Below, in pieces: positions 62,234 through 64,000 of a stretch of DNA of 64,000 nucleotides (the first letter of the stretch is position 1; every line of letters begins with the position of its first letter). Position numbers and translations under genes: made by a program. The notes under the pieces were generated by a model. It was not told the DNA's origin. It saw only the letters and a list, made by a program, of their open reading frames with translations, and searched no databases. The stretch lies in assembly GCF_018350175.1 (NCBI RefSeq), contig NC_058368.1, forward strand, positions 67,086,001 through 67,150,000, written 5' to 3'. The stretch is from Felis catus. Its lineage: Eukaryota.

Positions 62234-63142
62234 AAATGCAAAAACCCAGGAGCAGCTCTCCTGGAATCAGCCCTAAGTTGGGGTATAAACCACACTGGGG
62301 AATTCAAAGGATTTTGTTTACTTCTTGCCCATCAGCTGAGTTCCAGCCTGAAGATTTAGGCAAACGTTCGCCTCCCTACAGCCTCCACCTGGACCACACA
62401 CAATCAGCAAAAGTGGCCTTGGCCAACGCCGGCAGCCGCCTGGGGCTATTTCCAAGCGTCCCACATAGCAGACCTAACCCCCGGGCACCCTTCCCCTGTC
62501 AGGGCAGGGGCACTGGGAGCACACCGGCAATGTGCGGCCTCCCCATCAACACAATAGACAGTGACCGCGCCTCTCACAGCAAAGGCCCCGGGTGGCATGG
62601 GGAGGCAGTCCCCGCTACTGTCTGAGGCCTGCTCCCGAGGAGGCTTCAGGCTCCTCCTCTGGGCAGAAGGAGACTTGGTCGGTCCCCACCACGTCCCCAT
62701 GGAGGTGCACACAGGCACCAGGCGGGCCGGGAACTCGCTGGCTGTTCCATTCGAGTTTGCGTTGGCCTGCAAGAACGCTGTGTTCAACATCAGCACGGAG
62801 CCGGTTTCCGCGAGCATTACAATCGTTCCTCAATCATCATGGGACGGAGATTCTCGCTCCTGTGAAATCCAACCTCAAAAGCCTCACCCTAGCCTGCATC
62901 GAACGCCCTGCCTCTCCCCGCTGGTGCTGCCGGTAGTGCCCGGGGAAGGCTGTGCCCACGCTTTGGCTGGGAACCCTGCACCGCTTAGAAACCATGGATA
63001 ATCAGCAAGCCTCAAGCTCTTCCAAAAATCCTATGGTTGAGTTCAGATCTTCCACGACCTAAAATACAAAGAGCAACAAGCAGCACAGAAGATCACAAAA
63101 CAAGAAGCTCCTTCGTAGAGTTTATTATCAAACTAACATGCC

Positions 63143-63348
63143 GGGGCACCTGGGTGGCTCAGTGAAGCATGTGACTTCGGCTCAGGTCATGATCTCGCGG
63201 GCTGCGGGTTCGGGATGCGCTGTGCTGACAGTTCAGAGCCTGGGGCCTGCTTCGGATACCGTGTCCCTCCTCTCTCTCTGCACCTCCCTCGCTTGCGCTT
63301 TGTCTGTCTCTGTCTCTCAAAAATAAACAGTAAAAAAATAAAAATAAT
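63143..63348 (+). mobile_element. Can-SINE
   Basis: TSD aaactaacat. Confidence 0.9.
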
Positions 63349-64000
63349 AAACTAACATTCATCCTATCAAACTAACTGAATAACTACCTTTAGTCACGGA
63401 AAACCTAAAATAGCACCTGAAAGTGATTTTGAAATGTAACAGATCCTTAGTAGCTCCACCATCAAAAGTCATTTCGAACTTCTCCAGAACAGCAGTGTGT
63501 CAGCCAGGCAAGTCTAGGAAAACAAGGGTCATGTGTGTTGGATTTCAGGCTCCTTTCGCTGTCAGAAAAGAACTCAAGGTTTACTTCCGGTTGAGCTCTA
63601 ACACCAGGAGCTGCCTGAGCTTCCCGCCACAGGAGTAAGGGCTCTGGCGCGTGTTCTCTTAAAGACATGAAGTGAGAAGCGAGCTAGTCACCGGGCTCAG
63701 AGGCCACCGTCTCATTGTATACGGGAAACCGCCAAGATATGGGCCTCATCACAGACGAAGGAGCAAGCGCCCTCCAGGCGGCAGCCCGGGGCCACTCCAC
63801 ACCTGACGTGTCCACTGCCGGCACGGAGTCCACCCCAGACGGTCACTGCGCTACCTCGGGCCGGCTGCACACCCTGCGCGTGGGAACACGCCCGCACACC
63901 AGGGACTGACCGGGGTTCTCATCCTCACCAACGCACGCCCACTCGGAGGCTCACAGAGACACCATCTCTCAGCAGGGAGCCAGGTGTACCTGCTGGTAAC

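Noticed and set aside
3963..63348. Recurrent peptides such as [16 protein letters not shown] and GAWVAQSV suggesting a gene family or repeat array
   Set aside because: Translations of dispersed Can-SINEs; irregular spacing, both orientations, poly(A) tails and TSDs, so neither a CRISPR array nor genes
57777..64000. ABCC4 exon 3 (and exon 14 in 1-2377)
   Set aside because: No matching peptide found by inspection; presumably outside the window

Overview
Mammalian (carnivore, almost certainly felid, from the SINEC_Fc-type Can-SINEs) genomic DNA lying entirely inside one gene, ABCC4/MRP4 (ABC transporter subfamily C member 4), on the minus strand. I located ten consecutive coding exons by hand (57776-57552, 34267-34178, 32871-32708, 31349-31224, 30015-29766, 18746-18645, 14763-14674, 13327-13136, 2814-2720, 2464-2378). 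All have AG/GT boundaries and compatible phases, and they splice into a 1421-nt open frame covering most of TMD1 and NBD1 (Walker A, Q-loop, LSGGQ signature, Walker B/D-loop). Their sizes match my recollection of human exons 4-13. The other ~98% is intron, filled with about 50 Can-SINEs, a young 5'-truncated L1, old L1M/L2/MIR pieces, MaLR/ERVL/ERV1 LTR remnants, MER20 and MER82 DNA-transposon relics and microsatellites. I found no evidence of a new multi-gene system. The best leads are: an intragenic CpG island over exons 12-13, a near-identical inverted SINE pair, a ~680-bp structured purine tract, unusual residues in TM5/TM6, a candidate poison exon, a triple target-site duplication and a short telomeric patch inside an L1. 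Repeat family names, exon numbering and human residue numbers come from memory, not from a database search. Repeat boundaries are approximate.
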